A stretch of DNA of 64,000 nt from Alphaproteobacteria bacterium (GTDB lineage Bacteria > Pseudomonadota > Alphaproteobacteria > UBA828). Both the position numbers and the translations under genes were made by a program. Positions 1 through 9,340 of the stretch are shown here, piece by piece. The notes below the pieces were generated by a model. The model searched no databases. It saw nothing but the letters and a program-made list of their open reading frames with translations, and had not been told where the DNA came from. Position 1 is the stretch's first letter. Each line of letters starts with the position of its first letter. The DNA lies in the NCBI GenBank assembly GCA_963667785.2, contig CAXXMU010000001.1:928001-992000 (forward strand). Reading direction: 5' to 3'.

Positions 1-120
1 CGCTCTTTCCCGCGCCGGTCCGGCAGCTGGCAGGGAGCCCGTCATCGCATAGGAATCGGCTGAATTCCACATCCAGGCGTTCTGAGTCGTCGCCAGTCGC
101 GGCCGGCTGGCGTTGCGGGG

Positions 121-408
121 TCATGACCCGGAACCTGCATTGATGGCATCCTTCAGCGTCTTCCCGGCCTTGAATGTCGGCGACGTCGACGTCGATATCG
201 AGACCGCCTCTCCGGTGCTCGGGTTGCGTCCGGTACGGGCCGGCCTGTTTCTGGTGCCGAAGGTTCCGAATCCCGCAATCCGCACTTCCTCGCCATTGGC
301 AAGTGCGTCGCTGATGGCCCCGAACACGCCGTCCACCGCCTCCTTCGCCACCGCCTTGCTCAGGCCGGTTCGGGCTGCCAGCCGATCGGCCATCTCCGCC
401 TTGTTCAT
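121..408 (-). CDS. HU family DNA-binding protein
   Basis: MNKAEM...VRIAGFGTFGTRNRPARTGRNPSTGE...PTFKAGKTLKDAIN is the HU/IHF signature; GAGGAGGA RBS upstream. Confidence 0.95.
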   Translation of the reverse strand: MNKAEMADRLAARTGLSKAVAKEAVDGVFGAISDALANGEEVRIAGFGTFGTRNRPARTGRNPSTGEAVSISTSTSPTFKAGKTLKDAINAGSGS

Positions 409-489
409 CGGTCCTCCTCCCCGGCCATCCTATCCTGTCCCCGTCCCCGATTACCGGTGCCGCAGCGGCCCATCATGGATCCCTCCTGC

Positions 490-921
490 TCAGCAGGCGC
501 CTCCGAGCGAGCCGCGCAAACGCTCGATGTCTTCGTAGAAGGGTTCCCGGCTTTCCCGGTCGAAGTGTTCCGGATGTGCATCCATCCAGGCAAGCGTGCG
601 CTCGAAGTATTCGATCGCGCGTTCGGTTTCGCCGCGCGCTTCGCAGACCATCGCCTTTCGCATCAACCAATCGACCACCTCCGGATAGCGGGTCCTCAGC
701 TCCTCGCAGGCGGCGCCGGCTTCGTCGAGGCGGCCTTCATCGACCAGCCTGACGACGCTGTTCGAGAGCCGGTCGAGATCGGTCTCGGCCCAGCGGTATC
801 CCTCTGGCGCGTCCGCCGGCGTGGCAGGCACATGAGCGGCACGATCGCGCTGCCCGCAGCAGCGCTTGTACTTCCTGCCGCTACCACAAGGGCAGGGTTG
901 GTTCCTGCCGATCTTCGCCAT
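490..921 (-). CDS. SEC-C zinc-binding motif protein with TPR-like helical C-terminus
   Basis: Starts [22 protein letters not shown] (SEC-C); GAGG RBS before ATG 921; helical region [22 protein letters not shown]. Confidence 0.85.
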   Translation of the reverse strand: MAKIGRNQPCPCGSGRKYKRCCGQRDRAAHVPATPADAPEGYRWAETDLDRLSNSVVRLVDEGRLDEAGAACEELRTRYPEVVDWLMRKAMVCEARGETERAIEYFERTLAWMDAHPEHFDRESREPFYEDIERLRGSLGGAC

Positions 922-1101
922 TACCGCCTCGTCACCGGCACTCCGGCTCCCGGACCCTCCGTCACATCTAGCCCGCTCGTCGGGCCCCCACAACATTCCC
1001 GCCGGCGTGCGGCGCGCCGGCAGGAGGAGGCGGCTGGCGTCCGGGGGGCGCAGTCCGGGGCCGGAGAGCGGCCCTCGCGCCACCGCCGGGGAGACCTACC
1101 C

Positions 1102-2010
1102 ATGTCCAGCCGCATCGCCGCCATTCCCGTGCCGCCCCGGTGCCGCGAGATGATCCGCGCCGGCGCTCTCGTTGCCATCAATACCAGCGGTGGCAAGGAC
1201 TCGCAGACGATGACGATCCTGCTGTCGCGGATCGTTCCTCCCAACCAGCTCGTGGCGGTTCACGCGCCCCTCGACGAGGTCGAGTGGCCAGGCACCGTTG
1301 AATTCATCCGGGCGACACTCCCGCCTAGCATGCCCCTGATCCTCGCGCCTGTCGCGTCCGGCAAGACGCTGCTCGACAGCATCGAGGAACGGGGCCGGTT
1401 TCCTTCACCGGCGGTCCGATGGTGTACCAGCTCGACGAAGCGGGGACCCATCGAGCGCGAGCTCCGTCGCTTTCTCAAGCTCAATCCGCACTTCGGCGGA
1501 CGCATCGTCAACGCAATGGGCATGCGCGCCGAAGAAAGCGTCGCGCGGGCTCGCAAGTCGCCCTGGCGGCTGAACGAGCGCAACTCCCGCGCCGGCCGCA
1601 CCTGGTTCGACTGGCTACCCATCTTCGACCTCTCGGAACAGCAGGTCTTCGACGTCATTCGGGAAGCCGGCCAGTCGCCGCATCCGGCCTACGCCATGGG
1701 CATAACCAGGCTCTCCTGCGTCTTCTGCATCATGGCCTCGCGCGCCGATCTCCGCACCGCCGCCCGGCTCCAGCCTGCCCTCTACGCACGCTATGCGGAG
1801 CTTGAACGCCGCATCGGCCACACCCTGTCGCCCTCCGGCATTCCCCTGCCGGAACTGACGGGCATTTCGCCGTTCGCGGCCAGCACCGAAGACGCGATCG
1901 ATCTCGACCATCCTCGACCCCGGCCTGTGCCGACGCGGCGGCCCCTCGCACGGCGCAGCCGCCTCCAGCCCTCATGCGCAAGGAGTGGAGCGTCGCGCGG
2001 GTCCGGGTGA
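1102..2010 (+). CDS. PAPS reductase family (PP-loop) protein
   Basis: SGGKDS PP-loop, RWCTSSTK, GMRAEESVAR and RLSCVFCI motifs; GGAG RBS before ATG 1102. Confidence 0.88.
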   Translation: MSSRIAAIPVPPRCREMIRAGALVAINTSGGKDSQTMTILLSRIVPPNQLVAVHAPLDEVEWPGTVEFIRATLPPSMPLILAPVASGKTLLDSIEERGRFPSPAVRWCTSSTKRGPIERELRRFLKLNPHFGGRIVNAMGMRAEESVARARKSPWRLNERNSRAGRTWFDWLPIFDLSEQQVFDVIREAGQSPHPAYAMGITRLSCVFCIMASRADLRTAARLQPALYARYAELERRIGHTLSPSGIPLPELTGISPFAASTEDAIDLDHPRPRPVPTRRPLARRSRLQPSCARSGASRGSG

Positions 2011-2068
2011 AGGCCGGGCGCCCGGAGGGGGCGGCCCGCGCCGCCTTCCCGCCATCCGGAGCTTGCAC

Positions 2069-3094
2069 ATGACGCTTCCCGAGAACATCTCCGCAGACTA
2101 CACGCTGCGCCCGAGCGAGCTTGCCGAGGTGCTCGCCACCCTGGTCAAGGCGCGCCAGCCCACGCTGGTCTGGGGGCCGCCCGGCGCGGCCAAATCGATG
2201 ATCGCCCGGCAGGTCGCCAGCGACCACGGCTACAACTACGTCGACATCCGCGCTTTGCTGCTCGACCCCGTCGATCTGAGGGGCATCCCCTGGCGCGACG
2301 AGGACGGCCGCACCCGCTGGGCGCCGCCCGTGTTCCTGCCGCCCACGGCCAGCACCGCCTTGTGGCTCCTCAACCTGGAGGAGCTGGCCTCCTGCGTGCC
2401 CATGGTCCAGGCCGCGCTCTACCAGCTCAGCCTGGAGCGCAAGTGCGGCGAATACGAGCTGCCTGAGGGCGCCTCGATCATCGCCTGCAGCAACCGGGAG
2501 AACGACCGCGGCGTCGTCCACCGCATGCCGACGCCGCTCGCCAACCGCTTCGTCCATCTGGAGATCAGGGTCGACGCGAAGGACTGGTGCGCCTGGGCGG
2601 CCGCGAACGGCATCGCTCCGGAAGTGCTGTTCTTCATCGAATACGAGCCGGAGCTGCTGCACCAGTTCGACCCGCAGTCGAAAGAGCACGCCTTCCCGAG
2701 CCCCAGGAGCTGGGAGTTCGCCAGCAACATCCTCAAGCACCGCAACGGTCTCGATCCGGCCACAGAACGGGCCCTGTTCCGGGGCACGGTGGGCGAGGCC
2801 GCGGCGGTCGAGTTCACGGCGTTCCTGAAGGTCTGCCGCGAGCTGCCCCACCCCAGGGCCGTCCTCAATGACCCCGAGAACGCCCACATCCCGGACAACG
2901 CGAGCGCGCTGATGGCCCTCTGCGGCTCGCTCTACCGTATGGCCACCGACGTCACCCTCGACGCCATCGTGACCTACGCCACCCGGCTGCGGCGCGAGGT
3001 GGGCGAGTCGCTGGTGAGCGCCTGCGTGCGCCGCGAGCCCGCGCTCCAGCGCTCCCCGGCCTTCATCCGCTGGGCGGCCGCCAAGACCCAGTGA
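2069..3094 (+). CDS. MoxR-like AAA+ ATPase
   Basis: Walker A-like WGPPGAAKS, Walker B-like LLNLEEL, ACSNREND, PLANRFVH, FPSPRSWE. Confidence 0.88.
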   Translation: MTLPENISADYTLRPSELAEVLATLVKARQPTLVWGPPGAAKSMIARQVASDHGYNYVDIRALLLDPVDLRGIPWRDEDGRTRWAPPVFLPPTASTALWLLNLEELASCVPMVQAALYQLSLERKCGEYELPEGASIIACSNRENDRGVVHRMPTPLANRFVHLEIRVDAKDWCAWAAANGIAPEVLFFIEYEPELLHQFDPQSKEHAFPSPRSWEFASNILKHRNGLDPATERALFRGTVGEAAAVEFTAFLKVCRELPHPRAVLNDPENAHIPDNASALMALCGSLYRMATDVTLDAIVTYATRLRREVGESLVSACVRREPALQRSPAFIRWAAAKTQ

Positions 3095-3173
3095 CGGAGG
3101 CCGCGAAGCGCAAGCTCGCCGCCGCCCTCGACGTCCCCGTGTGGACGCTCCGCTAACCCGACAGGAGGATTTC

Positions 3174-4073
3174 ATGGACCTCAACCGCGACGCCATGCTG
3201 GTCGGCCTGCACATCGCCGCCTGGTCCGGCCGGCTCTACGACCGCCAGGCGAGCGACCATGTCGCCGCCCACCACGAGGCCAGCACCAGCGCCGGGCGCT
3301 ACAACAAGCGCCTGCTGCCCAAGGCCGCTTTCGCCGCGCTGACCGCCACCATGAGCGAGGCGAGAACGAAGCACTATTCGAACTCCCTTCCGTGGGACGA
3401 CAAGGGCGCCCGGCTGCTTACCGTCGCCAACTACGAGCACTACACCGAGCTGATGGACGGCCTGCGCGAGCGGGTGGTGCGCCAGCGCGCCCGCTTCATC
3501 GAGGACTACGACGACTACATCGACCAGGCCCGGCTCGACCTCGGCAAGCTCTTCCGCATCGAGGACTATCCGTCCAAGGAAGACCTCCAGGGCAAGTTCG
3601 CCATCCGCTACCGCATCACCCCGGTGCCGGACGCCGATCACTTCATCGCGCAGCTTGCCTCCGACGACACCGAGCGGGTGAAGCGCGACATCGAGAGCCA
3701 CATCGAGGAACAGCTCCACGGCGCCGTGGGCGACCTCTACCGGCGCCTGGGCGAGGCCGTCGAGCGCGTCTCGGAACGCTTGCAGGAAGATCCGGAAGGC
3801 AAGCCGCTGGTGTTCCGCAACTCGATGATCTCGAACATCCGCGACCTCGTGGACGTGGTGCCGCGGCTCAACATCTTCGGCGACGACGAGCTCGCAAGCC
3901 TTTGCCAACAGGTAAAGGACAGGATCGCGAACGTCCAGCCCGACGCGCTGCGCCCCTCCAAGACCTTCGATCCGGTGGCCCGCGCCCAGGTCAAGCGCGA
4001 CGCCGACGCGCTCGCGGAGAAGTTCGCGGGGTATTTCGGGGGACGCGCGGAGTCCGTGCGGGAGGCCGCCTGA
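3174..4073 (+). CDS. conserved mobile-element protein, DUF3150-like
   Basis: AGGAGG RBS; IAAWSGR...GRYNKRLLP pattern; lies between the AAA+ and vWA genes and overlaps the next start (TGATG). Confidence 0.6.
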   Translation: MDLNRDAMLVGLHIAAWSGRLYDRQASDHVAAHHEASTSAGRYNKRLLPKAAFAALTATMSEARTKHYSNSLPWDDKGARLLTVANYEHYTELMDGLRERVVRQRARFIEDYDDYIDQARLDLGKLFRIEDYPSKEDLQGKFAIRYRITPVPDADHFIAQLASDDTERVKRDIESHIEEQLHGAVGDLYRRLGEAVERVSERLQEDPEGKPLVFRNSMISNIRDLVDVVPRLNIFGDDELASLCQQVKDRIANVQPDALRPSKTFDPVARAQVKRDADALAEKFAGYFGGRAESVREAA

Positions 4074-5479
4074 TGGCCGCCCGCGTGCTTCAGGAGTCCG
4101 CGCTCCGCGTCAGCGACTGCGTCACCGGGCTCCTGCGCAAGCAGCCGTTCTTCGGGAGCCTGGTGCTCAGGCTCCCGCTGCGACCCGATCCCACACGCGA
4201 GACGCTGGCGACGGACGGGCACGAGATCCGCTACTCGCCGCAATGGGTCGCCAACACCGACGCGCACCTGATCGAGACCGCGATGGCGCGGGTGGTGATG
4301 GCGTGCGCGCTCAAGCACCACACGCGCCGGGGCGAGCGCGATCCCGAGCGCTGGCAGATGGCCTCGCAGCTCGTCACCCACGCGCTCATTCGCGACGCCG
4401 GCTTCACGCTGCCTCCCGATGCCGAAGGCTGGGACGACCTCAGCGTCGAGCAGGCTTACGACCGTCTGCCGACGCCCGAGGACGGCGATACCGCCGACGA
4501 CGGCGACGCATCCTCCGGCGTCCACGCTGCCGGCGCGTCCACCGCCCCCCAATTCTCGCCGGACGGCGATAACGACGACACGGGCGACCCGTCCGATGCC
4601 ACCGATGACGGCGACGGCCAGGACTCAAGCGATGGCCAGGACGGCGACGCCGAAGGTAACGGCGGGGACGACCAGAACCCGCACGACGCCGGTGGTGACA
4701 GCAAGGACCAAGGCGAGCAGGCCGCATCCGGTGCCCCGCCCAGCCACGATCCCTCCGGCACCGGCGAGGTCATGGACGCCAGCACCCGCGCCGACGACGA
4801 CGGCGATGCTGCCGAGACGCCGGTGGACATCGCCGCCGAGGAGCAGGCCTGGGACGAGGCGATGCACCAGGCCCTCAACATCGCCCGCGCCGAGGGCAAG
4901 GTGCCGGGCCGGGTCGAGGAAACGGTCAAGTGCGCCCATGCCAGCATGCTGGACTGGCGCACGCTGCTGCGCCGCTACATGACCGACGCGGCGAAGAGCG
5001 ACTATTCCTGGAGCCTGCCCAACCGGCGCTTCATCGACTCCGGCCTCTATCTCCCCTCGATCCATTCGGAGGGGATGGAGACCATCGCCGTCATCGTCGA
5101 CACCTCGGGCTCGCTGCCTACGGCGACGCTGGCCGAGTTCTGGGCCGAGCTGCGCGAGGTCGCGGCGGAGATCCAGCCCGAGAGCGTCGTCGTGCTCCAG
5201 GTCGACGCCGCGGTGCAGCACGCGGCGGAGTACGCGCCCGACGATCTTCCCGACGAGATCGCGCTCAAGGGGCGCGGCGGCACCGATTTCCGGCCTGGCT
5301 TCGAATGGCTCGACGAGCAGGGCATACGGCCCGCCGTCTGCCTCTACTTCACCGACATGGAGTGCTCCAGCTACCCCGACGCTGAGCCCGGCTTCGATGT
5401 CGTCTGGGTCAACTGGAGCGACCCCCCGGAGGACTGGAACCGCGAGCCCTGGGGCGAGCGCATCGACATCGCCGCCTGA
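4073..5479 (+). CDS. DUF2201-type metallopeptidase-like N-domain plus vWA domain protein (HExxH degenerate)
   Basis: QPFFGSL, TLATDG, LKHHTRRGERD, acidic linker, LDWRTLL, MIDAS DTSGS, GRGGTDFRP, YFTD. Confidence 0.88.
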   Translation: MAARVLQESALRVSDCVTGLLRKQPFFGSLVLRLPLRPDPTRETLATDGHEIRYSPQWVANTDAHLIETAMARVVMACALKHHTRRGERDPERWQMASQLVTHALIRDAGFTLPPDAEGWDDLSVEQAYDRLPTPEDGDTADDGDASSGVHAAGASTAPQFSPDGDNDDTGDPSDATDDGDGQDSSDGQDGDAEGNGGDDQNPHDAGGDSKDQGEQAASGAPPSHDPSGTGEVMDASTRADDDGDAAETPVDIAAEEQAWDEAMHQALNIARAEGKVPGRVEETVKCAHASMLDWRTLLRRYMTDAAKSDYSWSLPNRRFIDSGLYLPSIHSEGMETIAVIVDTSGSLPTATLAEFWAELREVAAEIQPESVVVLQVDAAVQHAAEYAPDDLPDEIALKGRGGTDFRPGFEWLDEQGIRPAVCLYFTDMECSSYPDAEPGFDVVWVNWSDPPEDWNREPWGERIDIAA

Positions 5480-5543
5480 CATCCGGTGCGGCGGCCCGTC
5501 CGCCATTTTCGCCCCGCTTGAGACCATGAAAGGAGAAGTGCCG

Positions 5544-5942
5544 ATGACCGACAGCCGTCCCGTGACCTGTCAGAACTGTGGCTGGAAGGGGACCGTCGCC
5601 CACTGCGAGCCGATCGCGCCCCGCTATCTCCCCGAGCGCGTTTTCGCGGGCGACGTCATGCCCGCCGGCCAATGTCCGGAATGCGGTGCATCCGCCATGC
5701 TCGACCCGGACAAACCCGAGCCGTGCATCGAGATCGTCACCGTGCCGTTGCCCGAGCGCGCCACGCATTTCGGGGTCCGCTCCACCGCCCAAAGCCTCGC
5801 GAACGTGATGTGGCAATCCTCCAGCCCATGGAACTACCGCGTGCAGGACCTCGACCGCTCCGGCTTCCGCGTAGCCGTCTACCGCGACTCTCCAGGCGCC
5901 GGCTCGGATCCGCACGGCTACCTGCGGATCGTGCGGTCGTGA
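5544..5942 (+). CDS. hypothetical protein with zinc ribbon
   Basis: CQNC...CPEC pairs; AAGGAG RBS. Confidence 0.65.
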   Translation: MTDSRPVTCQNCGWKGTVAHCEPIAPRYLPERVFAGDVMPAGQCPECGASAMLDPDKPEPCIEIVTVPLPERATHFGVRSTAQSLANVMWQSSSPWNYRVQDLDRSGFRVAVYRDSPGAGSDPHGYLRIVRS

Positions 5943-5958
5943 GGCCGGGGAGGGAACG

Positions 5959-6279
5959 ATGCATCTCACCGACATCCGCATCGACCAGATCGTGAAGGTC
6001 GACGGCCTGCCGTGCTACGCGCGGGGCCGGGCGACCTTCACCAATGGCCGCAGCTACGTCTTCGACGCCAACTTCGCGCACGGTTACGGCGACGCCGCCG
6101 TGGTCGTGTACAGCCCTGCCAACTGCAAAGAGCTGAAGTCCGGTACGCGGGCGCACAGGACTATCTACCACCGGCTCGGCTTCACCGAGATCGCCAGGCG
6201 CGAGCGCGAGGCCATCGCCGCCTTCGAGTACGAGCGCGTCACCGCCTGCCAGGAGCTCATGCGTCCCGGCGCGTCCTGA
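5959..6279 (+). CDS. hypothetical protein
   Basis: GGGAGG RBS, GC3-rich codon usage, co-oriented with neighbours. Confidence 0.65.
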   Translation: MHLTDIRIDQIVKVDGLPCYARGRATFTNGRSYVFDANFAHGYGDAAVVVYSPANCKELKSGTRAHRTIYHRLGFTEIARREREAIAAFEYERVTACQELMRPGAS

Positions 6280-6352
6280 GTTTCCCCGCGGGCGGCCCGT
6301 CCGCCCTTGCGCCGAACCCCATCGCAACCTTCTCCAACCGCGAGGCAATCCC

Positions 6353-6691
6353 ATGAAGATCACGCGTGACTTCAGGCCGCTCTCGGACCGCTACGCCTTC
6401 GACTGCGGCCCCTGCTCCTACGCCAACGGCTTCGCCCAGATCGACACGAAACAGGACGCCTCCTATTACGGCACGTGGTGCTCTCCGGCGGCCCGCACGA
6501 TCGTCAGCTTCTGCGAGGGCGACGTCACCACCACGGTCTGCGAGACCGACGCCGAGTTCGTCGGCCAGGTGCGCGAACTCGCCCGCTGGAACGACGAGGC
6601 CGGCTACGGCCCGACGAAGATCGACGCCCTGTCCCACGACCGATTGCGGGCGGCCTTCGAGACGCTCGGCCTCGCCGACCTGCTGCACTGA
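6353..6691 (+). CDS. conserved hypothetical mobile-element protein
   Basis: DRYAFD...GFAQIDTKQDASYYGTW...FCEGD; GAGG RBS. Confidence 0.75.
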   Translation: MKITRDFRPLSDRYAFDCGPCSYANGFAQIDTKQDASYYGTWCSPAARTIVSFCEGDVTTTVCETDAEFVGQVRELARWNDEAGYGPTKIDALSHDRLRAAFETLGLADLLH

Positions 6692-6849
6692 GCCCGCCAC
6701 TCGCCGCCGCCGCGCCGCCGCTCCCCGGTCCCGTCCGCACACCTTGCGGAGCCGAGAGCGGAGCCCTGCTCGGGCGGGCGCGGGGCGGCCGGAGAGAGCC
6801 GCCATCCCGCCGCCCGTTCCATCCACTCCATACCCTGACGGAGACCCGC

Positions 6850-9258
6850 ATGAACCACATCGCCCCCAGGCCCGAGCCGCTGATCCGGGAGATCCCGCTC
6901 TCCCGGCTCGCGCTCGCCCCCGAGAACGTCCGCAAGACCCCGCCCGACGCCTGCGCCGATGCCGAGATCAAGGCGTCGATCGCCGCCCACGGGCTGCTGG
7001 AGAACCTGGTCGCCCGCCCCGAGGGCGACGATCCCGACGGCGCCTATGCCGTGGTCGCCGGCGGCCGCCGCCTCGCGGCCCTGAAGGCGCTGGCCGAGGA
7101 CGGCGCGATCGGCGCCAACTACCCGGTGCCCTGCCTGATCGCAACGAACGGCAACGCCGGCGAGCTGTCGCTGGCGGAGAACGTGGTGCGCATCGCGATG
7201 CACCCCGCCGACCAGGTGGTCGCCTTCGCCGGGCTTGCCGCCTCCGGCGCCACCGCCTCGGCCATCGCCGCGCGTTTCGGAGTCTCGGAACGCACCGTCG
7301 AGCAGCGGCTGCGCCTCGGCAACGCCGCGCCCGAGCTGCTGGAGGCCTACCGCGCCGGCGACATCGATCTTCAGATCCTGATGGCCTTCGCCGTCACCAC
7401 CGACCACGCCCGCCAGCGCGCGGTGTGGGAGCAGGTATCGGGCCAGCCCTACCGGGCCGCGGCCTGGCAGGTGAAGCGCATGCTCACCGAGGAGCGCGTG
7501 CCCGCCGGCACCGCCGTCGCCCGTTTCGTCGGCGTGGACGCCTACGAGGCGGCGGGCGGCCCGGTGCTGCGCGACCTCTTCGCCGACGAGCACGAGCACG
7601 GCGTCTGGCTGGAGGACGCGGTGCTGCTGGAGAAGCTCGCCATGGCCAAGCTCCAGGCCGCCGCCGACGAGCTCTCGACCCGCTGGAAGTGGGCCGAGGC
7701 CGTGGTGGAGGTCGACTGGAGCGCCACCGCGCGCTACGGCCGCATCCACCCCGAGCCCGGCGAGCCGACGGACGAGGAGAAGGCCGACATCGAGAAGCTC
7801 CGCACCCGCCACGACGAGCTGGTCAACCTCGACGAGGAGGACTGGACCGACGAGCTGGTCGAGGAGGCCGAAGCCATCGAGCCGCGCCTCCACGAGATCG
7901 AGGCCGAAGTCGCGTCCCGCGCCAGGTTCAAGCCCGAGGACTTCGCCATCGCGGGCTGCATCGCCACCGTCGGCCGCGACGGCTCGATCCAGGTGATCCA
8001 GGGGCTGGTGAAGCCCGAGGACATGCCGAAGCCGGCCGAGGGCTCCACGGACCAGCACGCCGGCGGCGGCCAGGACGACGCAGACACCGCCGCCGCGACC
8101 GGCACGGAGCGCATCGCCGGCCCGGCGCTCTCCACCTCCGTGCAGTCGCCCAGGGACCGCGAGGCCGAGGCGCGCAAGGAAGCGGGCGTCGGCATCGGAC
8201 TCGCCGACGACCTCCGCTCGATCAGGACCGCGCTGGTCAAGGCACATCTGGCCGGCGACTTCGAGGCCGCGTTCGACCTCATGCTGTTCCAGATGGGCCG
8301 CGCGGTGTTCACCCCGGCCCACCAGGACCACGCCCTCGACATCGCCGTCCGCGAGACCGCCGACCGGCCGAAGATGCGGATGAACGAGGCGGAGTTCGCG
8401 GACTGGTCGCCGGGCGAGGCCATGCTCGAAGACCGCTCGCACCTGTCGTTCGACTGGCTGGAGATCGAGGACCGCGCCGGGGCCTTCGCCGCGTTGCGGG
8501 CGCTGCCCCAGGCGGCGAAGCAGGCGCTGTTCGCCGCCTGCGTCGCGCGCACGGTCAACGGCCAGCTCGCCTTCGAGCACGGCGCCCGGCCCGAGCTGGA
8601 AGCCACGGTCGCGAGGCTCGACATCGACTTCGCCAGGCACGTGCGCCCCACGGCCGACCTGTACTGGTCGCGCATCGCCAAGGGCCGGATCATGGAGACC
8701 GCACGCTCGGTCTGCGGTCCGGCCTGGGCCTCCCCGCGGTCCAAGTACAAGAAGCCGGAGCTGGCGGAAGCCATGGAGCAGGCCTTCGCCGCCGGCGATC
8801 CGCCGCTCGGGCTCGGCGCCGACGCCCACGCGGCCGCGCTCGCCTGGACGATGCCGGGGTTCGCGGCCTTCGACACGAGCAGCGTGGACGAGGACGAGGC
8901 CGCCGCGCCGGACATCCCGGCCGCGGAACCGTCCGGCGCCACGGTCGACCCCCCGGCCGATCCGGAAGCGGATGCCGTGGACACCGCCGAAGCACCGGCC
9001 GACGCGGAACCGACCGCCGCCGACGCCACGAATGGCGGCAACGGCGACGGCCGCGCCGAGCCGTCGGCACCGCCGAACGGCGATGGTACCGGCGCCACGG
9101 ACGCCGCGCCGGATGGTGTTGCAACCGCACCGGCCGATGCGGCCCCGTCGGGCGACACCGCCGGAACGGAGGACGCCGAGCCCCCCGTGCCGGTGAACGG
9201 CCATGACGGCGCGCCGGACCCGATGGAGATCCCGGAGTTCCTCCGCCGCGTCCACTGA
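6850..9258 (+). CDS. ParB/RepB/Spo0J-family protein with long acidic tail
   Basis: NVRKT, SIAAHGLLENL, VVAGGRRLAAL, SLAENVVR, HTH IAARFGVSERTVEQRLRL; GGAG RBS. Confidence 0.9.
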   Translation: MNHIAPRPEPLIREIPLSRLALAPENVRKTPPDACADAEIKASIAAHGLLENLVARPEGDDPDGAYAVVAGGRRLAALKALAEDGAIGANYPVPCLIATNGNAGELSLAENVVRIAMHPADQVVAFAGLAASGATASAIAARFGVSERTVEQRLRLGNAAPELLEAYRAGDIDLQILMAFAVTTDHARQRAVWEQVSGQPYRAAAWQVKRMLTEERVPAGTAVARFVGVDAYEAAGGPVLRDLFADEHEHGVWLEDAVLLEKLAMAKLQAAADELSTRWKWAEAVVEVDWSATARYGRIHPEPGEPTDEEKADIEKLRTRHDELVNLDEEDWTDELVEEAEAIEPRLHEIEAEVASRARFKPEDFAIAGCIATVGRDGSIQVIQGLVKPEDMPKPAEGSTDQHAGGGQDDADTAAATGTERIAGPALSTSVQSPRDREAEARKEAGVGIGLADDLRSIRTALVKAHLAGDFEAAFDLMLFQMGRAVFTPAHQDHALDIAVRETADRPKMRMNEAEFADWSPGEAMLEDRSHLSFDWLEIEDRAGAFAALRALPQAAKQALFAACVARTVNGQLAFEHGARPELEATVARLDIDFARHVRPTADLYWSRIAKGRIMETARSVCGPAWASPRSKYKKPELAEAMEQAFAAGDPPLGLGADAHAAALAWTMPGFAAFDTSSVDEDEAAAPDIPAAEPSGATVDPPADPEADAVDTAEAPADAEPTAADATNGGNGDGRAEPSAPPNGDGTGATDAAPDGVATAPADAAPSGDTAGTEDAEPPVPVNGHDGAPDPMEIPEFLRRVH

Positions 9259-9340
9259 CCGCCCGCCCATCCCGAAGCGCCCCGCCGGCCCGCCGCCGCG
9301 CGGGGCGCTTCCGTTTCCGCAACGCCATGGAGTCGCAGCC

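Noticed and set aside
457-1101. N-terminal extension of the 457-2010 ORF
   Set aside because: Antisense to the SEC-C gene; recognisable protein starts at ATG 1102 with an RBS
1102-5479. Dnd/Ssp phosphorothioation operon
   Set aside because: No desulfurase, DndD/DndE or SspB/C-like genes; the neighbours are MoxR/vWA
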